Shown piece after piece: positions 28,291 through 39,671 of a stretch of 64,000 bases of DNA. This DNA is from Azolla caroliniana (Eukaryota; Plantae; Polypodiophyta). The position numbers and the translations under genes were made by a program. The first letter of the stretch is position 1. The number at the start of each line of letters is the position of its first letter. The stretch covers positions 20,088,001-20,152,000 of the forward strand of contig JBHGNT010000013.1 in assembly GCA_043228905.1 (NCBI GenBank), in the 5' to 3' direction. The notes below the pieces were generated by a model that worked only from the letters and a program-made list of their open reading frames with translations, was not told the DNA's origin and did no database searches.

Positions 28291-28589
28291 GTACAATAGC
28301 CAAGCACAATTTCACAATTTCGCCGATCTTGTAATGCACTTGTTATTGGTGCCATTTTTACTTTTTTTACATTCTTCTTTATCTTAAAGCCTTTAGGTAT
28401 CAGCTTACTAAGTGACACTTCATCATCAGAGGCATCAGAGACAGGCGTGGATGTACAAGCACCTTGTACCAGTGGCAAGCTTGAGAGAGGAACTGTGTTT
28501 TCTACAACTGCAATGCTTGTACACACATCCACGAAGGTATTGTTGATAGTCAAATTATCACTGATCTTGTTCTCCACATGTTATTATTC

Positions 28590-29050
28590 CTGTATGTGGG
28601 TTGTGGTAGTACTCATGGTCAACTTCTGGCTGGTGATGATAGTCATCTCATTCTTAAGACCATCGTGCTCCCCTTCATGGGTGGTCTTTATTGCCCTGTC
28701 CTCATGGGTGATGTTAGTATGCTCATTCTCAGTACAATTAGGCTCCTGTATGTGGGCTATAGTAGTACTCATGGTCAACTCCTCTTGTACAGTGGTTGTC
28801 ACCTCATTCTTAAGAACACTGTGCTCCCCTTCTTGGGTGGTCTTTATTGCCCTATCATCATTGGTGATGCTAGTATACTCATTCTTAGTACAACCAGTCT
28901 CCTATATGTGGGTTGTGGCAGTACTCATGGTCAACTCCTCTTGTACGGTGGTTGTCACCTCATTCTTAAGACAACCGTGCTCCCCTTCTTGGGTGGTCTT
29001 TATTGCTTGGTCCTCATGGGTGATGCTAGTATGCTCATTCTCAGTACAAT
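28590..29050. repeat. 156-bp (52-codon) tandem repeat, 3 copies
   Basis: tatgtggg...agtactcatggtcaac at about 28593, 28749 and 28905; peptide TENEHT.ITHED.AIKTT.EGEH repeats. Confidence 0.9.
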
Positions 29051-30229
29051 CAAGCTCCTCTTCAGTACTAGCGATATTCTTTCCACACTCCTCATGGGCT
29101 TCTTTAGACAAAAATATGAATGATTCCTTCTTTTCACAGTCCTCATGTCTAGAAGATGTGCTTCCAAAGTCTTCCTCCGTGCAAAGGTTAATCCCAGAAT
29201 CTAACTTTGCACTTGTGCTCCATATAGTTCCCAATTCGTTTGATTGCAGTTGGGAATCGAACTCCTCTTGTAAACCTAAATAATGGGATCCCAAAGAATA
29301 TTAATATCAACTCACATACTCAAAAGTTTGCAAACATACCAGCAACTATGAACAGGTTCATAGCCACATTTTTACCTATTGTTAGATCGTCATACTATAC
29401 ATCCGTAGACAACCCATTGCAAGTGGTAGGCTCAGTCATCTTCTCCACAACATCTAAGTGTTCATCAGATTTAGTGATGGTGCCAATCGCAGGTTGGAGC
29501 TCATTGTCAATAGAAGATTTCATAATAGTATCTATAGAAAGCACCACTATAATAGGGTTGTTATGATCTAAATCATTGTTTTCTTAGAGGGCTTTTGACG
29601 TGTCCCTGGGAGTGTGATAAATTCTTCTTCATTATCAGGCTTTGGACTTGTATCTTCGTCACCAAAGATCATTTCGTCATCAGTTAGTAACACAAGTACA
29701 TGGTCTTAGACAATGCATTAGGTTGACAGCTCTCCAGACAGGTGAGAACATATATGACTCACCATTGCATTCAACTCTGACTTTCTTGCCCTTTCCATAC
29801 AGCTTTCTTGTAGCATTCCTCTTCTTAGTGGGCTCTTTTTTAAAGACATTAGGCATTCAACATACACACAAATGAGAAATAAGATATGCTAACTCAAATT
29901 GTGTTACTTGGATTGTTGAGATGTTGACCAGAGCTTGGGGAATTCATTTGTAGAAGCATATGTTCCACTGCTCCAATGGCCTTTCTCATACATTCATCTT
30001 CATCATAAAACTCATAGGTTACTAGTAATGAAGGTTCCTGAACCTTGGAATGTGCAACAGATACCAAGGGTTTAGGCACAGGAATTGGTTGTTCCATTAC
30101 CTTCCCTGGTGTGGAGTTGCTTGACACTACAACATTCATTGCATGAAACAAAAAAACCTTCAACGTTAGTACCATGATAGAAAAAATACAATGTAGGTCA
30201 CAAGAGCTACATTACTAAATCATTAGGCT

Positions 30230-31150
30230 ACACCTAGTTCCCATATTACACAACACAATGTAGTACAAGTATAGTGTGTACTAACACTAGTACTAGGCAC
30301 GTTGTAATATAGATTGGACTAACATCTAATCCAACAAATACATCTAAACAGCTTCCTACTTTAGTACTAAAGTGGTATTTTGCACACAAGTAATACTAAA
30401 CGTGATATGTGTTCTACACACCTAATTCCAAATTTACACAAACAGTATTAATTTTCAACAATTTATTACACTCCTTGTTCCCAAATTACATAACTAGTAC
30501 GAATCGTGAACAATGTACTACACAACTAATTCCCAAATTACAGAAATAGTACTAATTGTGAACAGTGTACTCCAAGTGAACAACTCCCTACTTTAGTACT
30601 AAAGTGGTATTTTGCACCCAAGTAATACTAATCGTGATATGTGTTTGACACACCTAATTTCCAAATTACACAAACAATACTAATCTTCAGCAATTTACTA
30701 CACACCTTGTTCCCAAATTACATAACTAGTACTAATCGTGAACAATGTTCTACACAACTAATTCCCAAATTACACAAATAGTACTAATAGTGAACAATGT
30801 ACTACAAGTATAGTGTGTACTAAACTAGTACTGGGCAAGTTGTAATTAATATAGATTGGATGAACAACTTGTCCAACAAATACATCGAAACAGCTTCCTT
30901 CTTTAGTACTAAAGTGATATTTTGCATACAAGTAGTACTAATCGTGATATGTGTTCTACACTCCTAATTCCCAAATTACATGTTTAGTACTAATCGTTAA
31001 CAATGTACTACATACCTTGTTCTTAAATTACATAACTAGTACCAATCCCGAACAATGTCACACTTGATTCCCAAATTACTCAAATAGTACTAATTCTGGA
31101 AAATATATGTTCAACTACCCATGCTAATTATATATTAAGAGTACTACACA
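30230..31150. repeat. Complex intronic tandem repeat built from ttcccaaattaca and tagtactaa motifs
   Basis: Short motifs recur throughout, with higher-order blocks near 30355, 30588 and 30899. Confidence 0.85.
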
Positions 31151-31373
31151 CCTATCAGGATGTGATAAATGCACCAATACTAACCCACATAAATAGGGTT
31201 CCACATATTAGTTGTTGGAGGTACACTAGTACTAACCCATTGTTTTCCTAATTTGAAGTATGAATTGTGGCCTACACCAGTTCTAAACCAAATGTAAATT
31301 GACATCATATAATACAAACAATAGAATAGTAGAGCCACATAACGTATAGGTGTACTTTTAAACCCCAAGCATA

Positions 31374-31655
31374 GTACCATTCAACAGCAATTGTAGTTTT
31401 ACAGTCCATACATGTATTTTCTTTCTCAAAATGATACTTAACACATAGCACATGATATGTGTGCAAGCACGATGTAATCACAACATCCATGGCCTCAAGC
31501 TTGAATCCGAGGCCGTACCATTCAGCAGCAATTGTAGTTTTACAGTCCATACATGTATTTTCTTTCTCAAAATGATACTTAACACATAGCACATGATATG
31601 TGTGCAAGCACGATGTAATCACAACATCCATGGCCTCAAGCTTGAATCCGAGGCC
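31374..31655. repeat. 141-bp in-frame tandem duplication of most of the RING domain
   Basis: GLGFKLEAMDVVITSCLHTYHVLCVKYHFEKENTCMDCKTTIA occurs twice. Confidence 0.95.
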
Positions 31656-34600
31656 ACAAAATATACACCTGGCAGTTTGCAAACACTAGTTATAATATAT
31701 TAGTTAATATGATATTTATACCACAGAAGTAAAGATAAATAACTTATAAAGCCAATACCGTGATATAGCTATACTAGTAATGGTACTTTCCATACCACTT
31801 CGGTGCTCAATTACAAATGGACACAAAGTTTCAAAACCTTTCTGTTTTAAATCCTGCATCAAGCACGCAAGGTTCTCGGAATGCAGCTTTAAAGCTAACA
31901 ACTTATTATCTAGTTCGCAATGTGCATTTCTGCAAGTATCAAGGCCTCTCATCTGTGATCTTAATTGAGTGCCCATTTTGTTCAACTCTTTCTTCAACTC
32001 CTCTTTCAACACCTCACTTTCTGAATTTTGGATTGTCAATGCAATCCATTCATATGTAGTCTTTATTGAAGAGAATTGTTTTTCTTCCTGTATCACAGCT
32101 GATTTAACTACTTCCAAATCAACAAGCAGTGCTTGTATTCTTGAGCTCATGGAAGCTATGCAACCGGCCATTATCTGTTCATGCTTTTCAATCATTGTGG
32201 CCCTTAGTTTTGCAGATTGAACTTGGTGGATAGGTGTCGTAGCCGAAATATCCACATGAGAGGTTCCCGATGACTTCAAGCCAGTGTTGGTACTGGAGGA
32301 CCCTCTATAATGTTCTGATCAATGACGATTAAAATCTTCCCAATCTACGTCGATGCCACCTTGAACTTCACATGCAAATGCACGTGCAAAAACAATACCC
32401 ACCTCATTATTACAGATTTGATTAGTATCATAAACATGTTCATATCTCGTCTTCAATAAGTTCACATATTTCTTCTTCAACCCACTTATGTAGAATCCTC
32501 GCCTTGTATCTGGATGTGGTGACCCCAGGTTTTCATCAACCACTCTCTCAACTCTTCATAAACTTCAGGTCATGCTCAAAGGAAATAACGGCATCCGAGA
32601 GGTGTGTCTCGAGTGATGGAGTGGCACATCTTCTTCCTCTGAGTTGATGAGTTCATCACCCTTTCTCTTGTGGGTGTCTTCTTGCTTTCTTTGATAGGCG
32701 TCCTTTTTCTTTCCTTCACTGGTGTCTTCACTTTCTCTTTCACCAATGTCTTCTTTATGGGTGTCCTTCTCGTCATTGTCCAGGTCTTCCCTATTCTTGT
32801 TGAAAGAATATGTGTGTACAAGAAGAAAACTCATCAAAATACTATCAACAACCAGCAAATCATCGTAGCCAACTCAATCTAAGTTGCATGTAGAAGCCAT
32901 GTCAAACACACACAAACCCTAAACAGTCAGACAAAAGCTCATCCATGTGAAACACACACAAAATAAAAACAGACGGACATGAAACACAAAGAATACGAAA
33001 ACATACCAGTTGGACATGCAGCACAGAGAATATGAATAATCAAACCCTAAACCGTAAATGCAGCACAGAGAATACCTAGAGGTCGTACAAGTTGCAGATG
33101 GAACGACGCAAGCCAAGGTCAAGCCACAAAGGCCATTGTAAAAAGCTAGCTTATTCTGAGAGTGTTGTTTTAATATAGTTTATCTTCTCTGATCTTGGTG
33201 TCCTGTCCATTGGCCTATTGGTGTCTTGTTTCCGTGTCTCGTTCTCTGTACAAGACTGTGTTACAGTAAACACAAGGTAAGTACACGTTGGATGCTACGC
33301 CCTCAGGAGGCTAGGTTGTAGTCGTCTCCTCCTTGCGCCCTACCGATCACACACTACGCATCTCTATTCCCTTGCACCACAATCACCTTGTAAGCTACCC
33401 CGAAGGACTAAGGGTGGCTTGTGTTCCTAACCAGTAACAATTTTGGCACACTTGGTGGTCTAGGAATCCTCGCAGTCAAGCAAGCAAGGAATGGATGTCT
33501 AGTCACCGACGTATCAGAGAACCTGTGCGACAAGATCGACCACTAACTAGATCCATCACCAAACAAACAGAAGAATGCGTTACGCGGAAACCCCACCTCA
33601 ACGACCACACCTCCTCTTTTCAAGAATACACTATAGACTCCACGCTCACGGAATAGAGCGGCTTTGATCACGAAGTCTTATCACCACACGACCAAAGTAG
33701 TGCGAACAAACACCACAGTAGCCCACACCGCGGGGTCAGTAGCTTTCGTTGGCCAACAATCACCATCACGACCGGAATGGCTTTATCATACCCCCGCTTT
33801 AATGAGGAAACCGACACTCCAAACCACATACGATTGTTCCTCAATGTCTGGAATGCTAATCACATCGCGCAGCGGTTTCCAGACGCAAAAGCTCACACTT
33901 CGCAGATCACCGAGTTTGGGTTAACTTTGGACAGTCGAGCTGCGTGTTGGCATTCCCAGATGGATTTGGCAGCAATCACAACCTTCGACCAATTGCAATC
34001 GGCGTTCTTGTGTTTTTTTCATCGAAGGGTGCCACAACATGAAATAATCGGGCAGTTCTATACCATCAAGTAACTTCCCACAGAATCTGTAGCGGATTTT
34101 AGTCTGTGTTTCCAGAGTCTACGACGGAACCTGACACGGGCCCGGCAGACGAAGAGGCCAAGGAAACGTTTTTGACGGCCCTAAGACGGTCTATCCGGAT
34201 GACGCTGAATAGACACAATGTGAAAGGGGAGACGTCGGATATGGTCATCGAGCGAGCATTATAGCTCGAGTTAGAGGAAACAACGACAGCCAATAAGCGT
34301 ACAATCGAAAACCTCAAGAAGGCCCTGGACGAAGCGCAAGACCGCGTCCAAACGCTAGCGGGCAATGTACACGTCCCCCTTCAAAAAAATCGTGAGCGGT
34401 TTACAACGCAATTGAAAGTAGCGTTGGACAAAGGATGGGCGGCATAGACTACACAAGCAGCGGAATTGCACACCTACCGGGTGGATTGGGAGAACCACCA
34501 CAAAGAGGGCAAAGGCTTCTACAAACTAAATGAGGAGAGTATTGCGGCGGTAAGAGAGGACCTCACGCAGGATTATCAAACGTTCGATGACCAACACTCC

Positions 34601-36131
34601 GAAGAACTCACGCAGCTCCTAGAAGATTTCAGGGAAAGTCAAGAAGACACCTTACACCAGCTAATGGAGCTCGGCAGCAAGAGCCAGAGGGCTGAAGCAA
34701 TAACGTACCAGACAGCAACTCCACCAAACAGAATGAGCCCCAATCTAACCCAAATGACGCGCCTAAGGAAACAACTACACCAATCAACCCCGCGGACGTT
34801 ACGGGCAAAGAGGAGCAACGCCCGGACGCCTGCCCACGCCAGGGAGAGCTGTCACCGGAACAACAAGGAAATGTCCCGGACAACATACCAACCGAGCCCA
34901 CCATGACGGTGTCGCATGAAGAAGTCAACACAAGATCCGACGCACCAGCCAACCCAAACAATGAAGCACCTACGAACATCATGTCCTCTCCAGAGTGCAT
35001 GGCAAATGATGGGAGCCACGTGATGAGGTCAACACAGAAATCAACACACCGGCTGAATGTACCCACAAAGCACCTACGGACATCACACAGCCTTCGGCGC
35101 ATGACGAACGAACGGAGCCAAACATCCTCGACATTTTGGGCAACGAATAGGAAGCTGATGGGTTCGACGTGCCATGGCACTGTCCCACAAGCATGCCAGA
35201 TGTTGTCCGCCGAACATAACGCATGAGGAATAGAGTATTATATTAGGATCATTAAAGTAACGCGTGTAACGGTTGTACAGAGGGAGCATAACCGATTAGA
35301 GGCCATGTATATATAAAGGGAGAGAGACCATTGTAAAAAGCTAGCGTATTCTGAGAATGCCGTTTTAATATAGTTTATCTTCTCTGATCTTGGTGTCCTA
35401 TCCATTGGCCTAATGGTGTCTTGTTTCTATGTCTCGTTCTCTATACGAGACTGTGTTACAGTAAACACAAAGTAAGTACGCGTTGGGTGTTACGCCCTAA
35501 GGAGGCTAGGTTGTAGCCGTCTCCTCCTTGCGCCCTACCGATCACGTTGTCGTGAAGAATTTCGGCCAGAGGCGGAAACCGGGAAACATTGGCTACATCG
35601 GCGGGGTGCAGCGTGTGTGCTCACCCTTGTACATTTAGTGTGAATAACGAGGGCGCCTTTATGGCACCGAAGAGTAGTCAAGTCGGGATAGACGATCCCA
35701 TGTAAGTCGGGATTTATCCCACATTGTAACGCATCCCTCTCCTTGTTCTATAAAAGGAAGGGAGCGGCCTTTGTGAAAGGGTTGCCCATTTTGCGTTAGA
35801 AGGTATACCATTAGTTTAGGGTTAGTTATTCTTCTTCTTCTTCTTCTTCTTCTTCTTCTTCTTCTTCATGTTCGCTTAGGGTTTGCTTTAGCTCGGCCTC
35901 CTGGGCAAGACCCCGCTCGGCGCGACGAGCCGAGAGCTCCCCGATGGCGGCTTGACAGCAAACGACTGTCGTAACCTACCTTGGTCTGGCTCGATGCCGG
36001 GAATGTATTCTTCCTTTCATATATACATACATATACGTTTGCGTCTGTCTGTGTATATTCGCGTCTTTGTTGGTGTCAGGTGCTTCCCCTTTCCTGCATT
36101 TCCTGTACATAAGGGCGTGAGTTGGGTTGGC

Positions 36132-36168
<37 letters not shown>

Positions 36169-36550
36169 CGTGTGCGTTAGTCAGTGTTAAGTGCACGCTC
36201 TCTCTCTCTCTCCCTTTGGTTGCTTCAGGTGTGCTTCTGGGATGCCCCAAAAACGGTGACGCACGACTTCCTACGCTCCATCACTCCCTAGTCCAAGACC
36301 CCCGTGGTCCCGCCTTTCTCCACGCATGCGTGTAACTACGCGACATCTTTGGTGAACCCGACGTGAAAGGCGGCAAGGGAGGATGGAGTCGGAAGACGAC
36401 GACCTCGTAGAGATGGTGGCCGAAGTGGTGTTGGAGTCGGCACGAGTGGTGATGAGGTGAGAAGCAGCGCAACAAGCGGTTGAGCGAGTGGTCGAAAGAG
36501 TCGGTCGTTTTAGCGGGGACAGAGTCCCATCTTACTTGGAAGCCTAGAAT

Positions 36551-37840
36551 GTGGAAATGGAGAAGCGTGGCGTAGACGAGGCGTTGAGGCTGGAGTTCTT
36601 CTATCGGGTCGTAGCTATCCGGATGCATGCGGAAATAAAGGAGCTCCGTGAGGCTCATAGTTCGTGGGAGGCCTTCGAAGAGGCGCTCTTGAAGGCATAC
36701 GGAGGACGGCGGAAGAGTCGGGGACGACACGACTTCGACCAGTGGGTAGCATCGGCAAAGACCCACCGGGGCACGACCAAGGCGTTCCGAGAGTTCGAGC
36801 GACGGCTTGCTCGGCTCTCGGAGCGGGAACAAGGTTTGGTGGGGGCGGACAAGGTCTTATTGTTCGTCAGGTCGATCGACCGAGCGAAACAGGAGGCCAT
36901 CGGGATTGAGCTCAAAGACAATGATGGAGCGAATGGGCTTACGAAGGACTGGTCGAAGGTCAGAAGGGTGTGCCAACGGCTAGACAACGAGCGAGCCGAG
37001 AAGGCTAAGAGGAAGGTACGCGACGGCGTGCCATCACAGCGGGAAGAGGCCGAACGGCAAAGAGAGTCGGCAAGGGTCGGCGTTGGGGCCAAGATTGTGG
37101 AGGCGTACACAGCTCTCGAGGCGATGCTCGAGGAAGAGGAAAGACGGACGCAGCAAGCCGAGACTAAGGAGACGGACTTGCCCCACGCGACGGCGGAAGA
37201 TCGGTACGACGGTACCACGGGAGAGGGTGCGGAACAAGACGCCCTCTCGACTTGCGGAGATAGAACGGCCAAGGACAAGGCCGAGATACGGATCGCGGAA
37301 CCAGGTAGTTGGGGCCAGCGGTTTCGGGCATGTCAGCCCGAAACCCCGGAAATCGGAGAAGCAAGCCTAGGCGGGGCTTGCGCGATCGGTAAGAAGACGA
37401 CCGCCGACCACGAAGAGTCGGTGGCTACGGACAAGGGCATAAAACGGGTGGGCGATTCTTTGTGTCTTCCCACACTTGCTCCCAAGACGATGGCAGTCGG
37501 GCCCGAGTACCCACGTGAGTCCCAACTGGAGGAAGGCGGCGGCGAAGGACCAAGAATCACCGGCGAGACGATACGGGGAAGGAGCGGACGAAAGCCCACG
37601 GACCCGATTCCGGAGAACTCGGCGTTCGGGCCCGTATGCCCATGTAAGACCGAGGAGATGGATGGCGGTACCGAGGAGTCTTGGCAAGATGCCAGCGAAG
37701 ATGGATGGGAGATGGCCAGCGAAAGGGGCGATGAGGAGACCAAGGAACGACCTGACCAGGGACCGAACCACACGACCCTCCGGTACGGCTGGAGCGTGAT
37801 CCGGTCGTGGATCGTTCGATCGGCGCCGGATTCGGCATGA
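36551..37840 (+). CDS. Gag-like protein of the non-autonomous element
   Basis: WEAFEEALLKAY..FDQWV..DKVLLFVRSID..GLTKDW matches the gag at 45311-43494; low-complexity tail. Confidence 0.7.
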   Translation: MEMEKRGVDEALRLEFFYRVVAIRMHAEIKELREAHSSWEAFEEALLKAYGGRRKSRGRHDFDQWVASAKTHRGTTKAFREFERRLARLSEREQGLVGADKVLLFVRSIDRAKQEAIGIELKDNDGANGLTKDWSKVRRVCQRLDNERAEKAKRKVRDGVPSQREEAERQRESARVGVGAKIVEAYTALEAMLEEEERRTQQAETKETDLPHATAEDRYDGTTGEGAEQDALSTCGDRTAKDKAEIRIAEPGSWGQRFRACQPETPEIGEASLGGACAIGKKTTADHEESVATDKGIKRVGDSLCLPTLAPKTMAVGPEYPRESQLEEGGGEGPRITGETIRGRSGRKPTDPIPENSAFGPVCPCKTEEMDGGTEESWQDASEDGWEMASERGDEETKERPDQGPNHTTLRYGWSVIRSWIVRSAPDSA

Positions 37841-39391
37841 AAGTGCCTATACGAGAGAGGGTGCGGGACGAGCCGCCCTCTTTTACATGGGGAGAAAGAC
37901 CGACCAAGCGAAGGTCGGGAATTGGAAAGGAAGGTGATCAAAGGTTCGGAACGAGTCTGGCAAGATCGGCATCGGAACCAAAACTCCGGACATTGGAGAA
38001 TCAAGCTCAGGCGGGGCTTGATTGATCATAGAGCGGATGCTATCCACCGACACCACTAAAGGGGGCGGACCCGGACGAGAACCGGGCGGAGCAGACTCCC
38101 GGATGACCATTCCGGGAGGGAGGAAGAGAGCAGGCCTATGGAGAAGCCGAGGAGACGGTACGTCGGTACCACGGGAGAGGGTGCGGAACAAAACGCCCTC
38201 TCGGCATGCGGAAAGGGACGACCCAGGACAGGGTCAAGAAGACAAATCGGAGGTCCAAGGAGGATCCTTCACACCGGTTCTAGAGACTTCGGCAGTCGGC
38301 AACGCGGCCAACGTAAGACCAAGATACTGACGGTGGCGGCAAGGGGACGAAGGCAAAAGGGCTACGGATGGGCGGTCTACGGAGATCCTCACACCGATCC
38401 GGTGGTTGGCCCGAGTGCCGGCGTGAGTCCTATAGGAGAAGTCGGTGGCGGCAGGTGAACGTGATCGGACGGCAGAAGCAGAGAAACAAGGTATCAGGCC
38501 GGCGGGGCGGCTACGAACCGAATCGGACCTTCCGGCAAGGTCAGTGGGCGAAAGGAAGTCCAGTCCCACGGGATCCCCACACTTAACTAGAGACTCTGGC
38601 AGTTCGGCCAACGTGGCAACATAAGACCGAGAGAGAAGGTTGGTGGCGGCGGGAAACGGGACCCGACTACGCGGAAGACACGAGGAGAGTCCGGGAGGGA
38701 CTCAAACAAAGGACACCCAAATTACATCAAGCATAGAAACGGAGTCCGGTCCCATGGGACCCTCACACCGATCCGGAGACTCCGGCAGTTCGGCCAACGT
38801 GGCAACGTGAGACCTAGGGAGAAGGACGGTGGCGGCAGGGAACGGTGTCGTGCCTTTCGGCTCCGGATCGTTGCATGAGTCGGGTGGGAACCACAGAGGT
38901 CTTGGACTAGGAGAAAGAAGTTCGTGAGATAGAGATTAATTATGAGTAAATAGCAAAGAGAAAGATAAGAAACTCGTGAATCACACGAGTATACTATATT
39001 AATTGGTACTTAGGGTGTTAAGAGAGAAGTAGATGTATAAATCGTGAATCCCACGAATAATTTTTGTATTGATTAATTCTTAATCCAAATAATCAACAAC
39101 CCTTTATATATTTCTCTCCTCCTTATATAAGGAAGGAAGAGCTAAGCATGGCTTCATGCTTTTTTTTACAAAAAGTGTTCATGTCCACTAAATGTGCATG
39201 TGATGCTTTTTTTATTTCCTAAGTATAGGGCTCATGCACGCTAGATGTGCATGAGTTATTTTTAGTGTCTCATGTTTTTTTTTTTCTTCTTTTTTATATA
39301 TTAAAAAAATACACGATTTACCTTTTAATAAAGGTATGCATAAATAAAGGTCTTATACGTATTAAATCTATATTTAAAACACTTAAGATAA

Positions 39392-39460
39392 GTTAATGTA
39401 ATGGTAAGGTTGGGGTTTGTCAACGTGGAGGTGCAGAGTTCGAATCACGCCCTGCGTAGT
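39392..39460 (+). promoter_or_regulatory. tRNA-like A-box/B-box cassette inside the LTR, antisense to the element (second copy about 45897-45965)
   Basis: TAATGTAATGG..TTGTCAA (Asp-like anticodon loop)..GTTCGAATC at tRNA spacing; stems degenerate. Confidence 0.55.
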
Positions 39461-39671
39461 AGTGAGTATTTCCATTTTTTTTTACATTTATGTCTCTTTA
39501 TCCGGCTCTTCCTTGCCGGTATGCCGTTTTCTTCCTTGCCGGTATGCCGTTTTCCTCCTTGCCGGTATGCCGTTTTCCTCCTTGCCGGTATGCCGTTTTC
39601 TTCCGGTTGTCACCGAGCACTCCATTCTCTATCCGGAGGGACAAAAATATAATTTCCACATAGTGTGCAAC

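Larger units (their letters stand above)
28287..32858 (-). pseudogene. Multi-exon accessory gene: charged N-terminus, coiled coil, RING-H2 finger, 52-aa repeats
   Basis: Collinear minus-strand ORF fragments 32858-32565, 32543-32319, 32279-31716, 31682-31305 (CIFC..SCLHTYHVLC..CMDC = C3H2C3), 30175-29894 and 29294-28287. Exon joins not established. Confidence 0.6.
21282..33130 (+). mobile_element. Decayed Sola2-like DNA transposon with transposase and convergent accessory gene; right end missing
   Basis: Transposase motifs (next entry). Candidate terminus GGGTGGAAGC at 21282. No matching inverted repeat seen; the region ends abruptly against the middle of an LTR at about 33131. Confidence 0.55.

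Noticed and set aside
28447-29283. 278-aa hydrophobic plus-strand ORF as a membrane protein
   Set aside because: Antisense shadow of the T/E/H-rich repeat on the minus strand.
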